Positions 20,227-27,883 of a stretch of 64,000 nucleotides of DNA are shown here, piece by piece (positions within the stretch are counted from its first letter, which is position 1; each line of letters starts with the position of its first letter). Position numbers and translations under genes: made by a program. Below the pieces are notes generated by a model. It ran no database searches. It saw nothing but the letters and a program-made list of their open reading frames with translations, and had not been told where the DNA came from. The DNA is from a virus: positions 1 to 64,000 of the IMG/VR virus record IMGVR_UViG_3300010375_000001; one strand, written 5' to 3'.

Positions 20227-20466
20227 ATGGAAAAAGAATGGCTCCAGTACGGGGTACTTGGATTGGTTGTCATAGGCATGGCTTATTATATTCTATATAT
20301 CGAGCGAGAGCGCTCCAAGGAGCGAAAGGAATGGCGGGATGTACTCGAAAAGCAGCAGGAGCGTGTGAACGATATTGCGGACGAGAACAATAAGATAATC
20401 CGGGAGCACACCAATATTTTGATTGGATTAAAAACTCTTCTTGAAAACCGTAGATATGAGCGCTAA
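20227..20466 (+). CDS. putative holin
   Basis: One N-terminal TM helix plus charged coiled coil, in the lysis region. Confidence 0.55.
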   Translation: MEKEWLQYGVLGLVVIGMAYYILYIERERSKERKEWRDVLEKQQERVNDIADENNKIIREHTNILIGLKTLLENRRYER

Positions 20467-20749
20467 TCTATTTGTGTCTGAACTCCTTCTGGTCATGATC
20501 GCATCAATGGGATTCATCGTCTTCTGGCAACTTTATCGATCCAAGGACGGAATGCTCAGGAAAATCATGATGTTCTACTTTCTGACGGAAGTCTTTATGT
20601 TTTCCACCTTCGCGATTTACTGGTGGATGAAGAGTAGGAAGATGATACAGTTTTCAATTGTTTATCTACTGCCCATTTGGTTACTGCCCAAGGTGATTAT
20701 AAAAATTTTGTTTCTGGACTGGTTACGTCGAAATCGATCTAATGATTAA
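20456..20749 (+). CDS. small 3-TM membrane protein (lysis module)
   Basis: Three hydrophobic segments; overlaps the previous gene. Confidence 0.55.
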   Translation: MSANLFVSELLLVMIASMGFIVFWQLYRSKDGMLRKIMMFYFLTEVFMFSTFAIYWWMKSRKMIQFSIVYLLPIWLLPKVIIKILFLDWLRRNRSND

Positions 20750-20760
20750 AAAGTAATGCT

Positions 20761-21549
20761 ATGCAAAACAACGCGTTCATTGATTTCGTATCGGAGATCT
20801 TCCAACGCTTGACTTCGAAGACGCCGAAATTTTTCGTTATATGGCAATGGATCAGCGCTACCGTCGCGGCGGTAACGGGGCTCCCCGGCTTCTTGCAGGA
20901 TATCGGCGTTACGCTGCCCAAGGCCCTGGCCATTGGTGAAAATAAAATAGTCGCTATCGCCAGTCTCGTGGCTCTTGTCATGGCCAAACTTCCCGTACAA
21001 CAAACGGTCGTAAATAAGGATGCCACTGGCGCTCCATTAACAAAGACCGATCCGGCAAAAACTCCTTTTACGGCGAAAGACCAGATTAAAAAAATGATTG
21101 GCATGAAATACGTCTTTCTTCTGCTCTTGTGCGCCATCTCTTTCAATGTTTCGGCCCAGAGTCCATTCCGTCCTCTAACCAAACTGAATGCGCCGGGCAA
21201 GAAGTATTTACATGCTTTGACGACTCCTGATTCAACATTAAACACTTGGCGATTTATCGCTGACATTGCCGCCTATGCGGAGCCGGGAAACATACTGATG
21301 GCCGGAGTAGGTTATGGCTACCAGCATCTGAAATATAATTTTGCTGCCGCAAAATGGAATGCGCAGTGGTCCATCAACGCGGTAGGATTTGCGGGAGGAA
21401 GTGTTGCACCGACCACGCCGGCAAGTATAGTTTCATTCGGGGTTATGGCCGGTATCGATAATAATTTATTTATGGCCGGCCCAATATATAATCCGGGAAC
21501 AAAACAATTTGGGATTGCCCTTTCGATCGGCATCTCTTTGAATAACTAA
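20761..21549 (+). CDS. holin-like membrane protein fused in-frame to a signal-peptide beta-barrel-like protein (internal start 21103)
   Basis: Two TM helices, then MKYVFLLLLCAISFNVSA|Q and amphipathic beta strands ending GIALSIGISLNN. Confidence 0.55.
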   Translation: MQNNAFIDFVSEIFQRLTSKTPKFFVIWQWISATVAAVTGLPGFLQDIGVTLPKALAIGENKIVAIASLVALVMAKLPVQQTVVNKDATGAPLTKTDPAKTPFTAKDQIKKMIGMKYVFLLLLCAISFNVSAQSPFRPLTKLNAPGKKYLHALTTPDSTLNTWRFIADIAAYAEPGNILMAGVGYGYQHLKYNFAAAKWNAQWSINAVGFAGGSVAPTTPASIVSFGVMAGIDNNLFMAGPIYNPGTKQFGIALSIGISLNN

Positions 21550-21601
21550 AAATCCCCGCCCGATTGCTCGAACGGGGAATCCCCATATAGATGTCTGTCT
21601 C
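21547..21601 (-). ncRNA. candidate small RNA antisense to the lysis operon intergenic region
   Basis: Minus-strand TTG-N20-TACATTTG (21636-21606) and hairpin TCCCCG...CGGGGA followed by T5. Confidence 0.4.
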
Positions 21602-21619
21602 GCATCAAATGTACAAAAA

Positions 21620-22084
21620 ATGCGAGACCTCAACAATATTCCCAGGATTAATTTATTGCACCCGAAGGTTGCCAATCTCTTCCGGCAATTCATTGACGCC
21701 GCAGAAGAAAAATTGGGGATAACAATATACGTAGTCTCCACGCTGCGCACATTCGAAGAGCAGCAGCTGGAGTATAACAAAGGACGAACCACGCCCGGGG
21801 CTATAGTTACGTGGAGTCCTCCAGGCAGTTCGTACCATAATTATGGATTAGCTGCCGATATCTGCCCATTTAAGAAAGACGCCCATGGCTTAGACTGGGG
21901 GTATGACTTCAGCAAGTTGGCACCAATTGCTGCCGAGTTCGGTATTACCTGGGGTGGCAACTTCCCTGTTGACAAGAAAGATCCCGATCATTTCGAGAAC
22001 AAGATGGGCTACAACTGGCGGGACTTACTCCATAAATACAATGCACATGATTTTATTGCCGGCACAACCTATGTCAATCTATGA
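21620..22084 (+). CDS. endolysin, M15 family (L-Ala-D-Glu peptidase-like)
   Basis: LRTFEEQ..Y.KGRT, SYHNYGLAADI, WGGNF..DPDHFE motifs. Confidence 0.9.
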   Translation: MRDLNNIPRINLLHPKVANLFRQFIDAAEEKLGITIYVVSTLRTFEEQQLEYNKGRTTPGAIVTWSPPGSSYHNYGLAADICPFKKDAHGLDWGYDFSKLAPIAAEFGITWGGNFPVDKKDPDHFENKMGYNWRDLLHKYNAHDFIAGTTYVNL

Positions 22085-22590
22085 ATATTTTATCCATCAT
22101 CATAGGACTCGCAATCGCAATACTCATGGTACAGATAATCATTAATGTGCGCGAGCACTCGCACAGGCATACAAAAACATTCTTGATACTAAAATCTATC
22201 CGTTTTCATCACATCAAAATAGAGGGAATAATTATGTCAGCACAATTGAACGTGAACGAGCTCTTGGTTGGGACGCTCGGTCTCGTAGATCATGCCACAC
22301 AACAACCGATTACAGCTACGTTCACCAATGTTTCTGTATCCAGCAGCGACACGAGTATCTTCACTGCATCACTGGATGGCTCCGGCAACGTCGATGTGGA
22401 TGGCATATCCGCTGGTTCCGGCACCCTTTCCATTTCGGCGGATGCCACGTATGTCGATCCGGCTACTCAGGCCACGGTGACCTTCACGAAGGTTCTTACC
22501 GTCAGCGTAACCGTTTCGCCGGCTACTACCGCAACTGACCTCGTTGTCACGTTCGGAACGCCGCAACCGATCCCTGGTGGAGGGGTATAA
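22081..22590 (+). CDS. membrane-anchored Ig-like protein (possible internal start 22234)
   Basis: N-terminal TM helix followed by a beta-rich domain (SSSDTSIFT..GSGTLSISA). Confidence 0.5.
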   Translation: MNILSIIIGLAIAILMVQIIINVREHSHRHTKTFLILKSIRFHHIKIEGIIMSAQLNVNELLVGTLGLVDHATQQPITATFTNVSVSSSDTSIFTASLDGSGNVDVDGISAGSGTLSISADATYVDPATQATVTFTKVLTVSVTVSPATTATDLVVTFGTPQPIPGGGV

Positions 22591-22594
22591 ATAA

Positions 22595-22620
22595 TAAGGC
22601 CCCCTAATCCGGGGGCCTTA
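22595..22620. terminator. bidirectional terminator between convergent genes
   Basis: TAAGGCCCC...GGGGCCTTA inverted repeat. Confidence 0.65.
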
Positions 22621-22954
22621 TTAAATCTCGGATGTCGATGGTTGGTGGATATTCCTCCTGGTAAGCGCTTCGACTATACTCCCAGTTGCGTTTTCGTGCC
22701 ATTTCGTTATTGCACTTGAAGCACCATAGCTCGACCGTATGTCGATTGTAGTGATCTTCAATGAAACGCCTGATATCGAAACGATCGTAAACATGTTGCA
22801 CGGTTGGCATGTTTGCTGGAGGATGGCGTCGTTCGCCACTCATTTTATATCGTTGCATGAGCTGTATACCACAATTCGCGCAGGTATTGTGTTTTTGGAC
22901 CAACTGTCCTAGATAGAGTCTATTTCGCTTTCGGACTCCGTTTTTCGTAGCCAT
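22604..22954 (-). CDS. HNH-like zinc-binding endonuclease
   Basis: CANCG ... PTVQHVY ... ELWCFKCN. Confidence 0.55.
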   Translation of the reverse strand: MATKNGVRKRNRLYLGQLVQKHNTCANCGIQLMQRYKMSGERRHPPANMPTVQHVYDRFDIRRFIEDHYNRHTVELWCFKCNNEMARKRNWEYSRSAYQEEYPPTIDIRDLIRPPD

Positions 22955-22964
22955 TCCACAATAT

Positions 22965-23032
22965 AAAAAAAACCCGCTGCTTTGCAGCAGCGGGTCGAAC
23001 TAAAAACAAATGGGCGCTACGCTCAGATGGTT
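22965..23032 (-). ncRNA. candidate trans-acting small RNA (~65 nt) complementary to the shared early-gene motif CGAACTAAAAACAA
   Basis: Consensus promoter upstream; contains UUGUUUUUAGUUCG (23009-22996); ends in CCCGCUGC-N6-GCAGCGGG-U8 terminator. Confidence 0.65.
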
Positions 23033-23036
23033 TGTA

Positions 23037-23067
23037 CAAAAGTAAGGGTTTCAGGCAAATGTGCAAA
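23037..23067 (-). promoter_or_regulatory. Bacteroidota primary-sigma promoter
   Basis: TTTG (23067-23064), 19-nt spacer, TACTTTTG (23044-23037). Confidence 0.75.
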
Positions 23068-23075
23068 TTTTTGCC

Positions 23076-24515
23076 CTAAAATTTCTTTGCCCGTGCATTA
23101 TTAATGGCCAAATTCAAGCCCAGATCCCGGAGATAGGTCTCGAACTCCGTCACCGACTTATGCCGGCACCAAGCCTGTATTTCGGCTGCTGTGGCACCAG
23201 CGCGGAACAGATCGATTACCCGCTTGTGCTTCCATCCGTAGATCGTATAGTCTTCGTGGATGCCGTTGGGCTTACGCACATGCTCGCGCCAGAACCAAGC
23301 AAACCGGCTTTCTGCGTGGCATTCGGGGCCGGGTTTGTCTTCCTTACCGAAGATATAGTACTCGCCGGGCGCTTTATCTACCCCCATCTCTCTTAACATC
23401 ATTTCCAGCTCAGGATCAAGCGGGATATAGCCCCCTTGACCGCCCTTGGCGCGGAGCGGATCGATGTAGATCTGGCCGTCGGCGAAACGAATATCTTTAC
23501 ATTTCAGCTGTCGCGTTTCTTCATCGGGCCGGGTCAGGGTATAATACACCGTCATGCAGAACCGGTAGGTGGCTAGTCCGATATCGGATACCTTGTGATG
23601 AAGTAGCAAGTGCTTTACTCGCTCCGCCATGGCATCGTCATAAGCCGTGTGGCGCGTCTTGTCCACGTGAGTAAGCTTCTTCACCTTTTCAGCCGGCGAC
23701 TCCTTAATCCATTCTTCGTCCTTTACGAACTTAAAGAGGGTTCTGAGCTTGGTCACCTTATCGTTGTAGGTGCCCTTCTTCCAATCCTTCTCCTCGCGCT
23801 TGGTGCGCAACATATCATTCAGGTCATCCTTGGTGATGTCTTTGATAGAACCTTTGACCCGGTCTCCCAGCCATTCCCCTAGCAGGCGGGTAATCACTTC
23901 ATAGGATAACCTGCTGGAACTGCCTTCCGGATGAATCATCAAGAATTTTTTCATAGCAGCTTCGATAGTCACCTTTGGCTTGGTGTCCTTCGTAATAGCC
24001 ACCATGGGAACATGTTGGCCCGTCTGCTGGTTGTACTCGTCGATGATATCTTGGAATGGGTTTAACCCATTTTGCAAGAGTAACTTGACTGAATGCAAAA
24101 GCTCTTCGGCGCACTGCTCGTAGTCTTCTTCAGATACCGTATTGAGTTTACCCTTTACCCGGAAGCGGGCCCAGTCCAGCAGCTCGCCCTTTTTATTCAG
24201 CCATTCCTTTTTGATCAGGCCGGGCGGCAGCTTCTGGAAAAGGTCGGGTGGTATCCGGTGATGATACTCAACGTAGTGGCCATTCTTCGCCTCGACGAGG
24301 CGCACGCCATAATACCGGTTAGACTTCTTTGACACTCGTTTGACACTTGGGTTAATTAAAAATACGGAATTTCTGGTAATCAGCGTGTTGCAGGGATTTC
24401 CGTTGATCGCCTGCATCAATGGAACACTTTCGGCCGGGGAGCCGTCATTGATTTTGAGGTGGTTGCGATGAGACATGTTTTGTATTTTTGTAGATTTTTG
24501 ACACTCGTTTGACAC
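23076..24515 (-). CDS. int: tyrosine integrase (start codon uncertain)
   Basis: Core-binding region, LTRPDEE (R), AKGG (K), YGWKH (H-x-x-R variant), CRH, ETY (catalytic Tyr). Confidence 0.85.
   Translation of the reverse strand: MSNECQKSTKIQNMSHRNHLKINDGSPAESVPLMQAINGNPCNTLITRNSVFLINPSVKRVSKKSNRYYGVRLVEAKNGHYVEYHHRIPPDLFQKLPPGLIKKEWLNKKGELLDWARFRVKGKLNTVSEEDYEQCAEELLHSVKLLLQNGLNPFQDIIDEYNQQTGQHVPMVAITKDTKPKVTIEAAMKKFLMIHPEGSSSRLSYEVITRLLGEWLGDRVKGSIKDITKDDLNDMLRTKREEKDWKKGTYNDKVTKLRTLFKFVKDEEWIKESPAEKVKKLTHVDKTRHTAYDDAMAERVKHLLLHHKVSDIGLATYRFCMTVYYTLTRPDEETRQLKCKDIRFADGQIYIDPLRAKGGQGGYIPLDPELEMMLREMGVDKAPGEYYIFGKEDKPGPECHAESRFAWFWREHVRKPNGIHEDYTIYGWKHKRVIDLFRAGATAAEIQAWCRHKSVTEFETYLRDLGLNLAINNARAKKF
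24328..24515. repeat. probable attP arm-type sites: TTTGACACTCGTTTGACAC at 24328-24346 and 24497-24515
   Basis: Two identical 19-mers, each a tandem TTTGACAC with 11-bp period, flanking ~150 bp at the integrase 5' end. Confidence 0.55.
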
Positions 24516-24651
24516 CGAGTTTTGTACAATGATACAACGAACAGCACAATATTACAATAGTTTTTCGTATTTTTGATGGAGACCCGGCAAAGATCAACCC
24601 AGTTGAGAGAGCGCCACCCGAAAGAGTTTCGTTTCTAAACTACATTCTAAA

Positions 24652-24999
24652 ATGAAAATACCGAAGAAAAATATCATTCCTTTGGAGATGAGCGACGCGG
24701 ACATGAAGCGCTTTTGGGAGATGATTCAAAAAGGTGATCCGCGTTGCAGGTTTCAGCCGGGCGATCGAGTGTATAAGGCCAGAAGCATCGAAGAGAACGA
24801 ATTAACGCCAATAGGAACGAAGGGTACAGTTATAGGCGCCATGTATATAGATGACACGACTGCGATAGACAAAGATGCCTATTGGATATTTTGGGATGGT
24901 AACCCGATGGCCATTACATCTGTCGGCCGTCGCCTCGAAAAACTAGACGAGCCGCCGCAGAAGCTAAAACCCGGCCTGATGCCGTTTAAGATAAAATAA
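24652..24999 (+). CDS. hypothetical protein (SH3-like beta fold possible)
   Basis: RFQPGDRV..GTKGTVIG..YWIFWDG; followed by a terminator. Confidence 0.55.
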   Translation: MKIPKKNIIPLEMSDADMKRFWEMIQKGDPRCRFQPGDRVYKARSIEENELTPIGTKGTVIGAMYIDDTTAIDKDAYWIFWDGNPMAITSVGRRLEKLDEPPQKLKPGLMPFKIK

Positions 25000-25025
25000 A
25001 GAAGCCCCCAATCGGGGGCTTCTTT
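24999..25025. terminator. bidirectional terminator
   Basis: AAGCCCCC-AATC-GGGGCTT flanked by A and T tracts. Confidence 0.65.
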
Positions 25026-25266
25026 ATTTTATCTTACCTTTCTTCTGCTGTCGCCCCTTGGCGAAATAATCATTGACTGCCGCTATACAAGATTCAATAC
25101 ACTGCTCGATTTCGCCGCTTGCGCTTGAATATGGTGAGCTCATGTAACTCACAGGATAACGAATGATCACTAACCACTCGGGCGACCTGAAGCTTGCATG
25201 GAAATACATTTCAAGTCCACATTGGTGGGCGATGCAAAGTTGAACAAGATCGTTAAGTCTTTTCAT
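25024..25266 (-). CDS. hypothetical protein
   Basis: ATGA coupling with the macro domain gene. Confidence 0.5.
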   Translation of the reverse strand: MKRLNDLVQLCIAHQCGLEMYFHASFRSPEWLVIIRYPVSYMSSPYSSASGEIEQCIESCIAAVNDYFAKGRQQKKGKIK

Positions 25267-25715
25267 TTGATGGGGGGATATACGTAAATCTCCGCCTCCA
25301 AATCTTTCAGCCAGTATTCTATGAACGATTTTACCCGTTCCCAATCCAACCCTCCGTTGCCGCAACCCAAGGCGGGTATCGCAATAGAAGGGGTGTCTTT
25401 GGCAATAATCGTCTTTTTTAACGCGTTCAAGCCGCTGGCAATATAGTTGTATTCAGATGGATTCCTCCAGTGCCGTTTCGTCGGAAAGTTTATGATCAGC
25501 CGCTTGCCGTGTAGATCAGCCTCCTCGTAGCAAAACAGTTTACCGATGCCGATATGACCGCGCTCGCAGGCCTTCGCGTACGCGTCAAAATTGGCCGGAT
25601 ACCGCTCCTTGATCGCCAACGCCAAGCCTTTTCCCATCACGCCAACCAGGTTGACGGGGTTCACGATGGCATAGGCTTTCGTGTCGAGGATGTTACCGGT
25701 GCAGTAGGTGATCAT
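25263..25715 (-). CDS. macro domain protein (DarG/Poa1-like ADP-ribosyl hydrolase)
   Basis: GNIL..AIVNPVNLVGVMGKGLA, IINFPTKRHWR, SIAIPALGCGNGGLDW. Confidence 0.9.
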   Translation of the reverse strand: MITYCTGNILDTKAYAIVNPVNLVGVMGKGLALAIKERYPANFDAYAKACERGHIGIGKLFCYEEADLHGKRLIINFPTKRHWRNPSEYNYIASGLNALKKTIIAKDTPSIAIPALGCGNGGLDWERVKSFIEYWLKDLEAEIYVYPPIK

Positions 25716-25738
25716 GGTTAGCTTATATAATCCTTTTG

Positions 25739-25809
25739 TTGTCTGTGGGGGACTCGAACTCCCATCTACTGACCTAATGCCAGCATACTACCAATTATAC
25801 TAACAGACA
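25739..25809 (-). tRNA. degenerate tRNA with non-canonical anticodon loop (identity undetermined)
   Basis: Acceptor TGTCTGT/ACAGACA, D loop AATTGGTA, T arm GGGAG-TTCGAGT-CCCCC; anticodon stem CTGGC/GTCAG closes only 5 nt (ATTAG). Confidence 0.6.
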
Positions 25810-25812
25810 GAC

Positions 25813-25884
25813 CAACCGAGACGGGATTCGCACCCGCAACCTCCGGCGAAACGCGCGGACTCTAAAAATTAAAGCTACTCGGAT
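25813..25884 (-). tRNA. degenerate tRNA-like element
   Basis: ATCCGAG/CTCGGTT acceptor, TAGCT D-arm start, GCGGG-TGCGAAT-CCCGT T arm; irregular anticodon arm. Confidence 0.45.
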
Positions 25885-25921
25885 TTCTCAACGTCGCACG
25901 AACGACCTGAGCTATTTTCGC

Positions 25922-26203
25922 TTACTCCTCCGTCGCAGGCGGCGGTATGTACTCCTGCGGAAACTTTTCTCCAGTCCATAGGATCGGCTTATCAAGAGCC
26001 AGCAGCTGGTACTCTAAATCGGGACGAATATCCTCCAGATATTCACTACCTACGGGATGGCCTCTATCCGCATACGAATGTGGAACAGATTGCCCCTCAT
26101 CGTAGTAGCAAGTCCTGATTTCAAAATAAGGATCGGTACGCCCCAATTTCTTGGAGACTTCATCCGTCCGTTCTATAGCCATTAGCCGGTAATTCCAAGT
26201 CAT
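25922..26203 (-). CDS. hypothetical phage protein (MTWNYR family)
   Basis: MTWNYRL..FEIRTCYYDE..LALDKPIL pattern. Confidence 0.6.
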   Translation of the reverse strand: MTWNYRLMAIERTDEVSKKLGRTDPYFEIRTCYYDEGQSVPHSYADRGHPVGSEYLEDIRPDLEYQLLALDKPILWTGEKFPQEYIPPPATEE

Positions 26204-26307
26204 AAATTTGGTTTAAAAGAAGGGGGGCCCAGGACGGCCCCTTTGCCATAGGCTCGTCCCACCGCTGCTATGCCAGTCCCTTCGATGCGGCTGGCCCCCC
26301 TTTGGAA

Positions 26308-26658
26308 TCATTTAGGCTCACCTCGTTCCCTCAACGTGGAGTCGACATTATCGATAGAGTTGCGGCGTTTTGGCTCAGGGCCATCCTGCTCTTTTTCGTC
26401 TTCCATTCGCCAGACACGCACGCCTTTAACGCCATCCTTTTCGGCGTCCTTCGAAAAAAAGCGCCAAAAGCGATATCTTCCGGCTAAGCTTTTGCGAAAA
26501 TTTGTAATGGCGGTTTTCGCCTTTGACTCCGTTTTGCCAGCGTAGAACGCACATCTGCCGATGGGGATCAGATGGAGATCCCAACCCCCGGTGGTTCTCT
26601 TGTACGCTTCTTCTGGAATCGGAATGTCCGCCTCGATTTCGATTTCCTTTTTACTCAT
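26308..26658 (-). CDS. hypothetical, possibly DNA-binding protein
   Basis: IEIEADIPIP...GVRVWR pattern seen in small phage proteins. Confidence 0.55.
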   Translation of the reverse strand: MSKKEIEIEADIPIPEEAYKRTTGGWDLHLIPIGRCAFYAGKTESKAKTAITNFRKSLAGRYRFWRFFSKDAEKDGVKGVRVWRMEDEKEQDGPEPKRRNSIDNVDSTLRERGEPK

Positions 26659-26669
26659 ATAATTGTTAT

Positions 26670-27518
26670 TTAAGCTCTTCCTTTTTCATGTGGATACAGC
26701 GTGGCGACGATGTCGGATTGCCAGAATTCCTTGGTGTCTACATCCATGATCGTCAGCTTGCCTCTCCCGCCTGCGCCAGTATCGATGTTATACACGTTAC
26801 CTGAATACATAGGAGTGGTTACCACCGCCCCCATCGGAATTATAATACCCCCCTGAGTGAGAATATCCTTTGTCCGGTACAGCGTTGAAGCGGTATGTCC
26901 GATGAAGATCGTATCGAAGTCGTCCACCGTTTGAAGCTTGATTCCCGGCCGACAACTCATCGCCTGCTTCCACAAATCACGATCCCAATAGAAGTCAGAT
27001 GGATTATCATAACGGCATTCTTCAACAGACTTCCACCGATCGAAACCAGCGTGTACGAAGAAATAATTGCGCTCCTCATCGTGGTAGTACAGCTGTTGCT
27101 CCATAAAGAACCTACGGTGTTCGTCTGGGATATCTCCCGGATTGAGCGTCAAGCTGTATTTGAAAACAGCGCGTTCCCCTTCGTCGTCAAAATCCCAGCG
27201 ATGTTCCTGTACTTTTCCTATGCCTTCGGCGTATGACACCACTGTACCATCCCCCCCTTGCTTCCACGCGCCGAGCGGATCAGGGTGAACTCCGGTCTTC
27301 AGCCACCGATGAAACCACTCATCGTGGTTGCCAATGATGTCTATGCGATTGTCTATCGTCAACAGCTCGTCTACACACTCCTTGACATGTTCCCATCCGT
27401 CGCAGATATCCCCCAAAGTAATGAGCCGATGCCGATGCTTGTCGAAGTTGCTCCTTTCCAGACACTGCACTAAGGCCTTGTGCGCACCATGAATATCGCC
27501 TATAACAAATGTTCTCAT
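26670..27518 (-). CDS. metallophosphoesterase (NinI-like Ser/Thr phosphatase family)
   Basis: GDIHG, LGDICDG, GNHD, FVHAG, GHT, NIDTGAG. Confidence 0.9.
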   Translation of the reverse strand: MRTFVIGDIHGAHKALVQCLERSNFDKHRHRLITLGDICDGWEHVKECVDELLTIDNRIDIIGNHDEWFHRWLKTGVHPDPLGAWKQGGDGTVVSYAEGIGKVQEHRWDFDDEGERAVFKYSLTLNPGDIPDEHRRFFMEQQLYYHDEERNYFFVHAGFDRWKSVEECRYDNPSDFYWDRDLWKQAMSCRPGIKLQTVDDFDTIFIGHTASTLYRTKDILTQGGIIIPMGAVVTTPMYSGNVYNIDTGAGGRGKLTIMDVDTKEFWQSDIVATLYPHEKGRA

Positions 27519-27883
27519 TTTTCGTCACCAAATTTAACGCTAAAGCCCAACTGTTCCAAAAGATGGATTACATCTTTTTCTTTGTACACAATCTCGTCGT
27601 CAGTGCAATTATCACCATGATGATGGATTTGAAATAGGATGCTGCCCATTCGCGTTCGACTGGGGTATTTCTTTAAGGTATCCTCTTCCCACGTCCGGCG
27701 GTCAGAACCTATAGGGCCAAAGTAATGGTCCATCAACAGGTCACTCACGTGCCCCAAGATATGATTGTATTTCGCCGAAGTTTGCTTGGAGGCACGTATC
27801 AACACCCTTTGTTGAAGAGAAACCCAGACAAATAAAGCAATGGCAATAATCGATATTATGATCGGAAGCGAGTCGATATTCAT
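27515..27883 (-). CDS. membrane-anchored hypothetical protein
   Basis: N-terminal TM helix; coupled to neighbours. Confidence 0.55.
   Translation of the reverse strand: MNIDSLPIIISIIAIALFVWVSLQQRVLIRASKQTSAKYNHILGHVSDLLMDHYFGPIGSDRRTWEEDTLKKYPSRTRMGSILFQIHHHGDNCTDDEIVYKEKDVIHLLEQLGFSVKFGDEK

Noticed and set aside
24578-24636. Riboswitch upstream of 24652
   Set aside because: Some hairpins are present but I could not match any known aptamer consensus.
25739-25809. Ochre suppressor tRNA (TTA) and stop-codon reassignment
   Set aside because: Reading a TTA anticodon needs a 4-bp stem and lacks U33; core genes are intact in the standard code and end in TAA, TAG or TGA.
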